Origin: a virus
Lineage: Duplodnaviria > Heunggongvirae > Uroviricota > Caudoviricetes
IMG/VR virus record: IMGVR_UViG_3300042303_000041
Span: 134,648 to 168,097 of that record
Reading direction: 5' to 3' (one strand)
DNA length: 33,450 bases
Under the pieces are notes generated by a model, which saw only the letters and a list, made by a program, of their open reading frames with translations, was not told the origin of the DNA and searched no databases. The translations under genes and the position numbers were made by a program. Below, piece by piece: positions 8,698 through 17,500 of the stretch; within the stretch, counting starts at the first letter, position 1; the number at the start of each line of letters is the position of its first letter.

Positions 8698-10881
8698 TTA
8701 TTTTATTTTATTTTCAAGATCTTTAACTTTTGCATGCAGTTCTTTAATAGCTTCAAAGATCAATCCAGCAAAGTTTCCATAAGCAACAGACATGTACGGA
8801 CCAGTAGCATCTACAACTTCTGGTAAAACTTTAATAGCATCCTGAGCCAAGACACCAGTCTGACGCTCACCACTATCAGTTCTAGTATAGGTATATCCAG
8901 TTAGCTGTTCTACCTTGGCCAATGCATCAGTGATAACGTTTAAGCTGCTCTTAAGTCTAGCATCCGAGAATGCAGTAACGTTTCCAGAAACAGTAAGAGC
9001 ACCAGTATCTGTTAATTGCAGAATAGCAGCATTATATGCATGGTTCATAACCTGCAGTGTACTAAGGTACGCTCTTATAGTTTTATTAGGACCAGGCTGT
9101 CCTGGTCCTACCGCTTCATTACCAATTAATCTAATATTAGCACCATTAATGCCACTGTCATTTACGTCCAATGTTGCCATCTCACCTGAAAACACATTAG
9201 GTACGTAGGGTGCTCCACCGTAGCCCGACGTAGTTATCACCACCCCTGTACTAAATGCCTTATTAGAGAATGTTTCACTACCATCTAATGTAGCAAGAGT
9301 ACCTGTAGTTGGTAGTGTTACTGCGGTATTACCAGTAGTAGTTAGACTTAGTGTATGTGCACCACTGTGCGTGAAGTTACCACCTAAAGTGATAGTCTTA
9401 GTGCCGTTGTTAACACCAGTGCCACCGTATGTTGGTCCAACTACTGTGCCCTGCCAAGTGCCTGTTCCAATAGTTCCAACCGAAGTTAGAGAAGAACCAG
9501 TAACACCAGAGCCAAGAGTGGTTGCACTTAGAACTGATGTTCCATTAATCTTATAAACTTTACTAGTAACAAGATTTAGATCTTCTGATGAGGTCCATGC
9601 AGTAGAAGCACTAAGCCAGCTAAATGTCTTATCTGTCGCACCCTTAAGTGTAATACCACCATTGTTGGCAGTGGCGTCAGTGACACCACCAACATTAAAA
9701 GTAATCGATCCTAAAGTCGCATGATTAACAGATGCAGTGAATTGAGTTAAACTTTCAATACTAGCAATTACAGGGCTTGCACCAAATGCACCAGCGCCAG
9801 ATGTTTTAGTTAATGCTTGCCCAGGGATTAATCCTGCAGTTGTTCCTGTAGTTAGTGTAACAAGTACAGTTCCAGTTGCTAGTGTTGCAACCAACCCTGT
9901 TACTGCAGTCACTGAGCCTAGTTCAATATTCTTATCATCTACTGCAACAGTAGAAGAATTTATTGTTGTGGTAGTTCCATTGACGGTTAAGTTTCCATTA
10001 ATGGTCAAGTCACCTGTTTTTGTTTGTGAACTTGCGCTGGTATCTAAGTAGTAACTACCATTTTGACCATCTAATAGATCAGCATCTAGACCAGATCCAG
10101 CACCATCAACTAATTTAATCTTTTCTAAAACATCGGCTGGTGAGTAAGCTGGTGGTAGATCTATACCCAATAAGGTAACTGAGCCAGAAGTAGAACTTGT
10201 AGGTGCTATCCAATTTGGTGCTGTTGTGTTAGTAGTTCCTGCAGTAGTCACCTGATAGTATCTAGTTACACGCTTGACAACACCAGAACCAATACCAGAA
10301 CCTGCTGATGTTGCTGTAAATACAGTTCCATCAAAGTTGCTTGGTGCTCCAGCAGTAGTAGTAGCAGATGTTCTGAAAACAGAGATCCCAGATGGAGTTC
10401 CTGCAGTAGTAGTAATTGCTGCACCGCCAACAGTTGCAGAAAGAGTAAACGAGGTAGTTCCGTTTGTTGCAGTGATGTAATAAACGTTTATTTCAGTATT
10501 GGAGTATCCTGTGATAGAACCAGTACCATTATTAAAACCTCTAATGTTAATAGCTTGACCAACAGAAAGTGAGGCAGAAGCACATGTAAAAGTTCCGCCA
10601 GTACCAGTTATAACTACACTAGTTAATGCTTGAGCAAAGGCAGATGTTATAACATAATTAACGCCAACTTTTAAGAAACCAAGACTTTCTGCGCCACCTC
10701 CAGGATACGCATTTTCATGAGTATATAATATTTGTCCTAATGTGTATGCTGTACTTGGAGCCCATGGCACAGCATTAGAAACTGCAAGTGTAGTGTCTCT
10801 TTGCAACGACGTAAAGTTGTTGTCTATCTGAGTGTTTGTCAGACCAAATGAAAGAGCTGTTCTAAGATTTAACTGTGCCAT
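8698..10881 (-). CDS. Tail fibre (727 aa) with C-terminal S74-like intramolecular chaperone
   Basis: N-terminal 'LxLRxxxxxxLTNxxxDxNFxxL' anchor. Fibre motifs 'DGAGSGLDADLLDG' and 'VDDKNIELG...GGITLKGATDKTFxW'. C-terminal 'GNVTAFSDARLK...TGVLAQD...YxSVAYGN...EAIKEL'. Confidence 0.88.
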   Translation of the reverse strand: MAQLNLRTALSFGLTNTQIDNNFTSLQRDTTLAVSNAVPWAPSTAYTLGQILYTHENAYPGGGAESLGFLKVGVNYVITSAFAQALTSVVITGTGGTFTCASASLSVGQAINIRGFNNGTGSITGYSNTEINVYYITATNGTTSFTLSATVGGAAITTTAGTPSGISVFRTSATTTAGAPSNFDGTVFTATSAGSGIGSGVVKRVTRYYQVTTAGTTNTTAPNWIAPTSSTSGSVTLLGIDLPPAYSPADVLEKIKLVDGAGSGLDADLLDGQNGSYYLDTSASSQTKTGDLTINGNLTVNGTTTTINSSTVAVDDKNIELGSVTAVTGLVATLATGTVLVTLTTGTTAGLIPGQALTKTSGAGAFGASPVIASIESLTQFTASVNHATLGSITFNVGGVTDATANNGGITLKGATDKTFSWLSASTAWTSSEDLNLVTSKVYKINGTSVLSATTLGSGVTGSSLTSVGTIGTGTWQGTVVGPTYGGTGVNNGTKTITLGGNFTHSGAHTLSLTTTGNTAVTLPTTGTLATLDGSETFSNKAFSTGVVITTSGYGGAPYVPNVFSGEMATLDVNDSGINGANIRLIGNEAVGPGQPGPNKTIRAYLSTLQVMNHAYNAAILQLTDTGALTVSGNVTAFSDARLKSSLNVITDALAKVEQLTGYTYTRTDSGERQTGVLAQDAIKVLPEVVDATGPYMSVAYGNFAGLIFEAIKELHAKVKDLENKIK

Positions 10882-10907
10882 TTTTGTTCTTTAAATTATA
10901 CTAGAAT

Positions 10908-10915
10908 TATTTAGG
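10908..10915 (-). promoter_or_regulatory. Possible late promoter variant (CCTAAATA) upstream of the 727-aa fibre gene
   Basis: TAAATA core in the 41-bp intergenic gap, 27 nt before the ATG. It has two mismatches to TATAAATA. Confidence 0.45.
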
Positions 10916-10922
10916 TTGGGAT

Positions 10923-12350
10923 TTACGCATCATAGTTATATGCTGGTGCTGGATACTCAATAAATTGAACTTCTCTCCAAGAAGATCTTATAAATGGTTC
11001 ACTGCTTGCTGTTGTTGCTGCGGGTACGTTGTTACTGTACATATTAACCCATTCGTCGTTTTGTCTAACGTAAACGTTTTTAGGTTCTATCCATTGGTTG
11101 TTTTGTCTAATATAAACATCATTAATAGTTTTCCAATTACCAGAATATGTACTAAGTGAAGTGGTTTTAGAAGAAAATGCGGCATAACCACTAGTGCCAT
11201 TAGAACTTGCTGCACCAAAAGTTCCATAATCATTATTCATTGATCCGCCACCAGCACCTGCTGCAACTGTTATTCCATAATTTATACTAGTTCCGCGAGA
11301 GCCAGACATTGCGCCCCAGTCTGCATAACCAAAATATCCACTACCGTATATGTTATTGACATATCTAAGATCACCTGCAACATAACCGCCACGCCCACCA
11401 ATGTGTCCACCACCGCCACCACCTGCGCCACCACCATCATATCTGTGTTGCTGTCCGTCACCACCCATACCACCAGCGCTGCTTATATTGGGATTGCTTT
11501 TAGAACTCCAAACTAAAGTTCCTGAATTATTGTAAACTAATGCACCAAGGAATGCTGGACCACCAGAATTTGCACCAGATAATTTTAGTATGTTCAGTCC
11601 AGCATTCATACTAAATGTTGTTTCTACATAAGAATTGTAGTTAGATGCGCGAGAATCTTGTGGAGTGTAAAGAACTGCGGTACCATTCACAAAAAAACCA
11701 CCATAATTATCAACACTTAATCTAACTGTGTAATTTCCAGTATAAGGTGCATTAAATGCCCATGTAAAATTAGCCCATGCCCATTGATAGTATGTGGAAT
11801 CCCAAACACCGTAGTCATTACCAATACTATTCCAAGCTCCATTACTTCCTGCATCTAGATATGTAGATGGAATACTAGCTGTAGAAGATTCAAGATATGA
11901 GTCTCCAGAAAATACTCCAGCTACGCGATTTCCGCCGCCTCCACCACCAGCTCCTCCAGAAGCTACAGCAATTATTTGTCTTTGGCCATTAACTATTTTA
12001 TACAGTACCGTGGCTGCGCCACCACCGCCACCGCCACCTGAACTACCCCATGGACCAGCATTACCACCGTTACCGCCTGTAAATCCAATTAATGAAGCAC
12101 CACCTGCTCCACCAGCAGCATAACCACCACTTGCGCCAGCACCACCGCCACCGCCGACTGCAACGTATAAAGTTTCGTTTGCATTTACGTCTACAAACCC
12201 GCCAAGTTTATCCCCAGAAGTACCACGAGTCCCTCCAGCAGAATCAGAACCTCCACCACCGCCACCTGCGCCAACTAGAGTATAGTATATTCTAGATGCT
12301 GCAGTAACTGTGAGTTGTCTAACTTGACCACTATATGCTAATTGTAGCAT
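10923..12350 (-). CDS. Glycine-rich putative adhesin/receptor-binding protein (475 aa) with an inserted beta-sandwich (lectin/PA14-like) domain
   Basis: Multiple GxGGGGG runs (polyglycine-II-type glycine-rich domain) flank aa ~160-286 (aromatic-rich: WANFTWAFNAPYTGNYTVRLSVDNYGGFFVNG...GLNILKL...GGPAFLG). C-terminal WKxIxxVYIRQNNQW...VYVRQNDEW motif. Confidence 0.65.
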   Translation of the reverse strand: MLQLAYSGQVRQLTVTAASRIYYTLVGAGGGGGGSDSAGGTRGTSGDKLGGFVDVNANETLYVAVGGGGGAGASGGYAAGGAGGASLIGFTGGNGGNAGPWGSSGGGGGGGAATVLYKIVNGQRQIIAVASGGAGGGGGGNRVAGVFSGDSYLESSTASIPSTYLDAGSNGAWNSIGNDYGVWDSTYYQWAWANFTWAFNAPYTGNYTVRLSVDNYGGFFVNGTAVLYTPQDSRASNYNSYVETTFSMNAGLNILKLSGANSGGPAFLGALVYNNSGTLVWSSKSNPNISSAGGMGGDGQQHRYDGGGAGGGGGGHIGGRGGYVAGDLRYVNNIYGSGYFGYADWGAMSGSRGTSINYGITVAAGAGGGSMNNDYGTFGAASSNGTSGYAAFSSKTTSLSTYSGNWKTINDVYIRQNNQWIEPKNVYVRQNDEWVNMYSNNVPAATTASSEPFIRSSWREVQFIEYPAPAYNYDA

Positions 12351-12352
12351 TG

Positions 12353-14347
12353 TTATACCTTAAACCAGATATCACCATTAACAGCACCTGATGGTTCTGA
12401 AGTTTGTACAAACTTTCTTGATCCACCCCATTTAGGAGCATTTGCAGCATCTCCAGTAATATTAATAGCCCATGTACCAGAAGCACCTGTACCTGTCTTT
12501 GATGGAACATAACCAGTATAGTTTGTATCATCTAGAACTTTCTTACCATATACATATGCAGATGCATCGCCAGTAAAACTCTCATCTGTTATCTTAAACC
12601 ATTCACGATCACCATCATCTGGTTCATAAATGATAAAGTTTTCACCTTGAACAGAAATAGCTAATTCTATTCCAGCTGCGCCAGCTCCAGTGGTGGTGGT
12701 GGTATCATCTAAGAATATTGTAGGGCTAGCGTTAGCAATTGTAATATTACCAGTAAGAGTTCCACCACCAGTGCCAAATTTATTACTGTCTGCAATTGTA
12801 ATATTTGCAGTACCATCAAAAGATACACCATTGATTGTTCTAGCTGTTGCTAGTTTTGTTGCACTAGCTGCTAGAGTAGCACTGCCTGCCGAGGTGGCAG
12901 TTCCAGCTGACGCAGCAGATCCACTAATACTAATTCCCCATGTTCCACTAGCACCTGTACCAGTTTTAGATGGCGCATAATCATTATAGTTGTTGCTTGT
13001 AACAATCTTATGCCAGGCACCCCACTCAGCCAAAGTGCCACTTCTAATGAATAAATTATTGTTATCTGTGAATCCAAGTTGATGTGATTTACCGCCAGTC
13101 CAATCTGTTGTTGAACCATATTTACGGAAAGTCATTAGACCGTGATATGTTCCACCATCAGTCAATCCACCTGCTAGATCATTTCTTTTAAAGTCAAAAA
13201 GAACACCAGGAGATGCTAAAGTACTTGGTGTAGTTACATCGTTTCTTGAATCTGTAGAGACTAATCGAGTGGTAGTTGCTGCAACTCCAGAGATGTTTAT
13301 ATCCCATGTTCCAGAAGGTTTAGCTGTAGTCCAAATAGAACCATTACTAATAAGAATGTTTCCTGAGGAACCAGGAGATCCCATTCCAGTGCCACCCTGA
13401 CTTGTAGCTAGTGCAGTAGTTAATCCTGTAATAGATGTTATATCAGAGTTAGCGCCAAGTTTAGCTGCATCTAACGCAGCACGACCTTCAGCCACTGTAG
13501 TTTTTCCAGTACCACCATTTGCAATTGCTGCAACGCCAGTAATATTACTAGAAGTTCCAGTTATACTTGAATCTGTATATGCAACAGTTTTTGTATTTCC
13601 GTTTATGTAGTTAAACTGCCCGACAGTAGTTGTCCAGATATCTCCATTTAGTGGAGTAGTAGGAGCAGTTCCGTGATTCAATCTAACACTTGCTCTAGTA
13701 GTAGTAGATGTCGCAAGGTTTAGTTTGTCTAGCATTACTGTTGAACATTTACCTGTTCCAGTACCTACAGCACTACAATAGAAAATAACACCAACAGCGT
13801 TTGCTGATGCTCCCATAGCAACCCAGTTTGTTGATCCTAAATCATCAATAATGTATGTTACACCTACAGTAACAGCAGTAGCTACAAACTGTGTAGTTAA
13901 GGGTAACTTTGTTTTATCAAAAATGGTGATTGCTGCAGTACCATCAAAGTCTACATCATTGATTTTTCTTTTAGTTACTAATTTTGTTGCTTGTTCAGCA
14001 ACACCAGATGTTGTAGATCTACCTTCAAAAGAAGATGCAGTTATGTAACGAGCAGTAAAGTCACCATTGGCATCGCGAAGTACAACTGAACTTTTATTTG
14101 TTGTACTAGGTAATACGTTATTTGGCTCGTGACCTTGCAAGTATCTAACATCTAAGTTAGACTCAAACCCTCTATTACCACCACTTGTTGGTGCAGCATT
14201 TAGGTTTGATCTGATCGTAAGATAGTTATAGTCAACTATACTAACTTTTGTAGCAGTATACGATTCTAGATACGTGAAGTTAGAATCCAACTCAGTGTTG
14301 GTTAAGGGAGTAGTTCTACCTACAGCGGTTCTTAATACTAATGGCAT
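12353..14347 (-). CDS. Tail fibre-like protein (664 aa) without a chaperone domain
   Basis: Same N-terminal anchor as the 727-aa fibre (LVLRT...PLTNTELDSNFTYL). Fibre motifs 'ATKLxTxRxINxVxFDGTAxITI' (twice), 'AIANGGTG' and 'GASGTWxIxIxG'. Ends in FVQTSEPSGAVNGDIWFKV. Confidence 0.8.
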   Translation of the reverse strand: MPLVLRTAVGRTTPLTNTELDSNFTYLESYTATKVSIVDYNYLTIRSNLNAAPTSGGNRGFESNLDVRYLQGHEPNNVLPSTTNKSSVVLRDANGDFTARYITASSFEGRSTTSGVAEQATKLVTKRKINDVDFDGTAAITIFDKTKLPLTTQFVATAVTVGVTYIIDDLGSTNWVAMGASANAVGVIFYCSAVGTGTGKCSTVMLDKLNLATSTTTRASVRLNHGTAPTTPLNGDIWTTTVGQFNYINGNTKTVAYTDSSITGTSSNITGVAAIANGGTGKTTVAEGRAALDAAKLGANSDITSITGLTTALATSQGGTGMGSPGSSGNILISNGSIWTTAKPSGTWDINISGVAATTTRLVSTDSRNDVTTPSTLASPGVLFDFKRNDLAGGLTDGGTYHGLMTFRKYGSTTDWTGGKSHQLGFTDNNNLFIRSGTLAEWGAWHKIVTSNNYNDYAPSKTGTGASGTWGISISGSAASAGTATSAGSATLAASATKLATARTINGVSFDGTANITIADSNKFGTGGGTLTGNITIANASPTIFLDDTTTTTGAGAAGIELAISVQGENFIIYEPDDGDREWFKITDESFTGDASAYVYGKKVLDDTNYTGYVPSKTGTGASGTWAINITGDAANAPKWGGSRKFVQTSEPSGAVNGDIWFKV

Positions 14348-14350
14348 TTG

Positions 14351-14575
14351 TTACCTTTTATCGAGTGCATCTAAAAGCATCTTTTTTATCTCAGCGATAT
14401 CACGTTTAAGACCTTCAATTTCTTGATCTCTAAAAATTGACTCTTGTTGCTTTTTCTCTAACAATTGTTTTCTTTTAATATATTCTGTATATGCTTTGCT
14501 ATTGTTATTTATAATAACATTAGTTAGAGGGTCTCTATAGAGACCCTCGTGGTTTTCAACCTTTAACAATTCCAT
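14351..14575 (-). CDS. Small conserved protein (74 aa) of the type found just after VrlC-like genes in T4-like phages
   Basis: 'KVExHxxLxRDxxTxxIINxN...Y..Y' followed by a coiled coil 'EIExLKxDIxEIKxML'. Position directly after VrlC. Confidence 0.7.
   Translation of the reverse strand: MELLKVENHEGLYRDPLTNVIINNNSKAYTEYIKRKQLLEKKQQESIFRDQEIEGLKRDIAEIKKMLLDALDKR
14506..14513 (-). promoter_or_regulatory. Possible internal late promoter (TATAAATA) inside the 74-aa ORF, ~160 nt upstream of the 664-aa fibre gene
   Basis: Exact consensus. It lies in AT-rich coding sequence (codons for IINN), so it could be chance. Confidence 0.4.
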
Positions 14576-14577
14576 AA

Positions 14578-17500
14578 TTAAGCAAGAGCAATTATTCGCA
14601 GATCTGAAATTCTAGGTATTTGTGTAGAATCAGTCGAGGTCATAACAAGTTTAATTGTTATGGCATCAAAAGAAGGTAAGTCATCTAGATCAATCTCGTG
14701 TTCAAAGAATGATGAGTCTTTACTCTTTAGATTTGCAGGAACTGTTGTTCTGGCATTTTCATATTCTACAAAGTTAAAGTCTGTTTCAGTTCCAGATGGA
14801 TTTAATTTGTAGTATACTCCAATATTTGCTGCTGGTGGAACGTCAGCATCAAATTTAATCTTAACTGATGTGCATGGGTTTGCAAATTTTAGTTTACGAG
14901 TAACATATTTGTTAATGCTGGAACTGCCAACTGGTGTTCGCTCAGAGAAGAAACGATCCAATGCTTTAATAGTAATAGGCTCGGATGCTGCCTTGGCATT
15001 CAATACACCCTGAATAGTTAATGATTTTCCTTCTGGGTCAACATCAGTCACAAACCATGTTCCATTATTTTGAGTAACGCCAGAACCAGAAATTACAATA
15101 TACTGTCCAGAAATTATACCAGAAATAGCTTCATATAAAGCTGAATCTTGCACAACCATAACACCAGTACCATCAAACACAATTCCTTGATCTGCAGAAA
15201 CTACTTCTATGTAATCAATAGGATCGATATTCATAGAGGTGGATGGGTTGTTTGTCTTATTAGACACCGCAGTGATAGCCACGTTTTCAATATTAATAAT
15301 AGGTGACACATCTGGATTTGATGTGATTAGTTCTGCATTAATAATCGCTGTATTTCTTAAAGATGTCAATGTAGATAAATTCAAATCTTTCGCAACAGAG
15401 TTTTCCTTAGAAGCAATAACCATTGGAACTGGAGTATAGTTATCCTCACCAGGAGTGATACTAAAGGTGTTTGTATATGGTAGGTTAGCCTGTAAGAATG
15501 TTTGGTAAGGAGTTTGCGCTCCGTCCATGCTCTTTCCTGTAACACCCTGATATGTAATAATGCTATTAGTTCCAGTATAATTTTCAATGTTTATAGATGG
15601 ATTAAACATATCATATGGAACGTCTCTAGATGCTAGTACACCATCGCCACCACGTTCACCAGTTACGTTAGGAATATCACCAACAGAGAACACAATAGCG
15701 CCATTAGTAGTTGGGGCTGCACTTAACACGAATGTACTAGAGTTTGTTATAGAAGCAACTGTAGTGCTGTCAGCAAAGACTCCAGTGCCGCTTGTCTTTA
15801 TAACTGGTTGTCCAACAAACATATTAGAAGTATCGCCAGTAGATAGTGTAACTGATGTGGTAGAAGTATTTAAAGTTGTCTGTAAATTTTCGCTACCAAT
15901 AGTGATAACATAACTATCAAGCTCAACAGAATCTATATTATGATTTAGATAGTTTCCGTTGCTATCCAACTTAAAGATCTCATTAGGAGAAACACCATTT
16001 AATGGGTTCATGAATCTAAATGGCTCAGTGTTTGATATAATACCATAGTTAGAGTTTGATGTGCTTTTTAGAGTAAGCTGAGTATCGCTGGCGACAGATA
16101 AAACTTCGCCGATAACTTTGCCATCTTCTCTGTAGATAACAGCGCCTGGAACAATTGCGTTTGTAGTTGCAAACTTTGTACCAATACCTGAAACGATTGC
16201 AGAATTCTTTGCACTATAAATTTCACCAATTGCTACAGGTGGTAGTGCTTTAATAGCTACAACAGATTCTGTATTCATGCCATGGTTGTCGTGCGAAACT
16301 CTAACCTTTCTAGAACCTGCTGTGAATAGCAAAGGATTGTTCTGTAGACTAGAATCTGGAACATTAGCATTTTCAAACGCTACGCTACCTACAGTATTAG
16401 TTGTAAATGCAGCTTTGTTTAGTTTGAACTTCATATCTGTCATTTGCTCTGCTGTCCAAGTAGAAGCATTTTGCGACTTGAAGAAAACACCCATATATGG
16501 CTGCTTGTCGATCTGTCCACCATTCTCTTTAGATAACTCGCCTTGTTTAGCAACAAAGACTTCGGGAACATCAGAGTTAGACAATAGAACTAAACAGTAT
16601 TCAGTATTACCATTTAAATACGTAGGTGATGGGAACTTGATATTGGTCGCCAAGCTAGAATTGTCAGAAGTTTTAATTTCTGAGGCTGCAATCTGAGTTT
16701 TAGATGTTGTTAGTACAGTCTTACCTGGATATCCATTAACAACTTCTCTGATCTCAATCATAACTGGAGCAGAAACATCTTTCTTATAGAAGTATAAGTC
16801 TACAGATGTTACAAATACACCATTGGTCTCTTGAACCAAGAATGTCTGAGCTAGTGGGTCATACCATCCAGGTGAGTTTGAGAATCTAGTTTCTGTTGTT
16901 TTATCGATGTCGCTATCACTAACTTGTCTTGTTGCCAACTCACCATTGCGGATTCGTTGAATCTGATTTTGTCTTTCTTGGTAAATACCACTGGCAGTAA
17001 ATGCCTTTGTAGCAGATGACGTAGATGACTTTTTATCATATGTTTCAAAGTCTAGTAATGCAAGCTCGTTTGAACCTGTGTTGAATTTAACAGCAGTCGT
17101 GTTCGGCACATAGAATATAAAGTTTAAAGATCCCTGTAAAGAAGTTCTTAATTCACCACCTGCACGAGTAGTTGTTGCAGAAACAACAGCACCTTCAGCT
17201 TCGCTCAATGTACCCTTTATAACATTACCTGCAACGAAACCAGTAGTAGTAGCATTAACTGGATATTTTCTATTAACTACATATACAGCAAATTTTCCTG
17301 CATCTGGACCTGCATCATATTTTTCCCATCCAACAACTATAGCTGTAACACCAGTTGCAACAGTACCTGCTGAATTATACTCAATTAGAACATCACCAAC
17401 GCTGATAGATAAATCTGTAGAGTCGCCTGCAAATAATCTTGCAGTTTCAGAATAATTATTACCTGCACGGCTAACAGTATCAAAAATAGAGGACTTGCCA

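Larger units (their letters stand above)
6266..9492 (-). repeat. 234-bp diverged direct repeat shared by two fibre genes (6266-6499 and 9259-9492)
   Basis: Both copies encode a colinear 78-aa segment GTIxTGxWQGTxVGPTYGGTGVNNGxKTITLGGNFxHxGAHxLSLTTT...TLPTTGTLATLDGxETFxNK. They include an exact 25-bp match, gtagcaagagtacctgtagttggta (6297-6321, 9290-9314). Confidence 0.9.

Noticed and set aside
395-8702. Additional late-promoter-like boxes TTTAAATA (395-402) and AATAAATA (8695-8702)
   Set aside because: Both are imperfect, lie in AT-rich stop-codon contexts, and would start transcription at or inside the SD, so they are not distinguishable from chance.
378-12350. Diversity-generating retroelement acting on fibre tips
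   Set aside because: No reverse transcriptase and no ~100-bp template/variable repeat pair differing only at adenines were seen. The repeats found are either perfect or differ at all base types. A distant RT cannot be excluded.
12690-12704. (ACC)4 run encoding poly-Thr in the 664-aa fibre as a phase-variation tract
   Set aside because: It is too short and is a triplet repeat, so slippage would not shift the frame.
378-14347. Invertible fibre cassette (shufflon/Gin-type)
   Set aside because: All fibre genes are co-oriented and all repeats are direct. There are no inverted recombination sites, opposite-strand silent cassettes or invertase gene.
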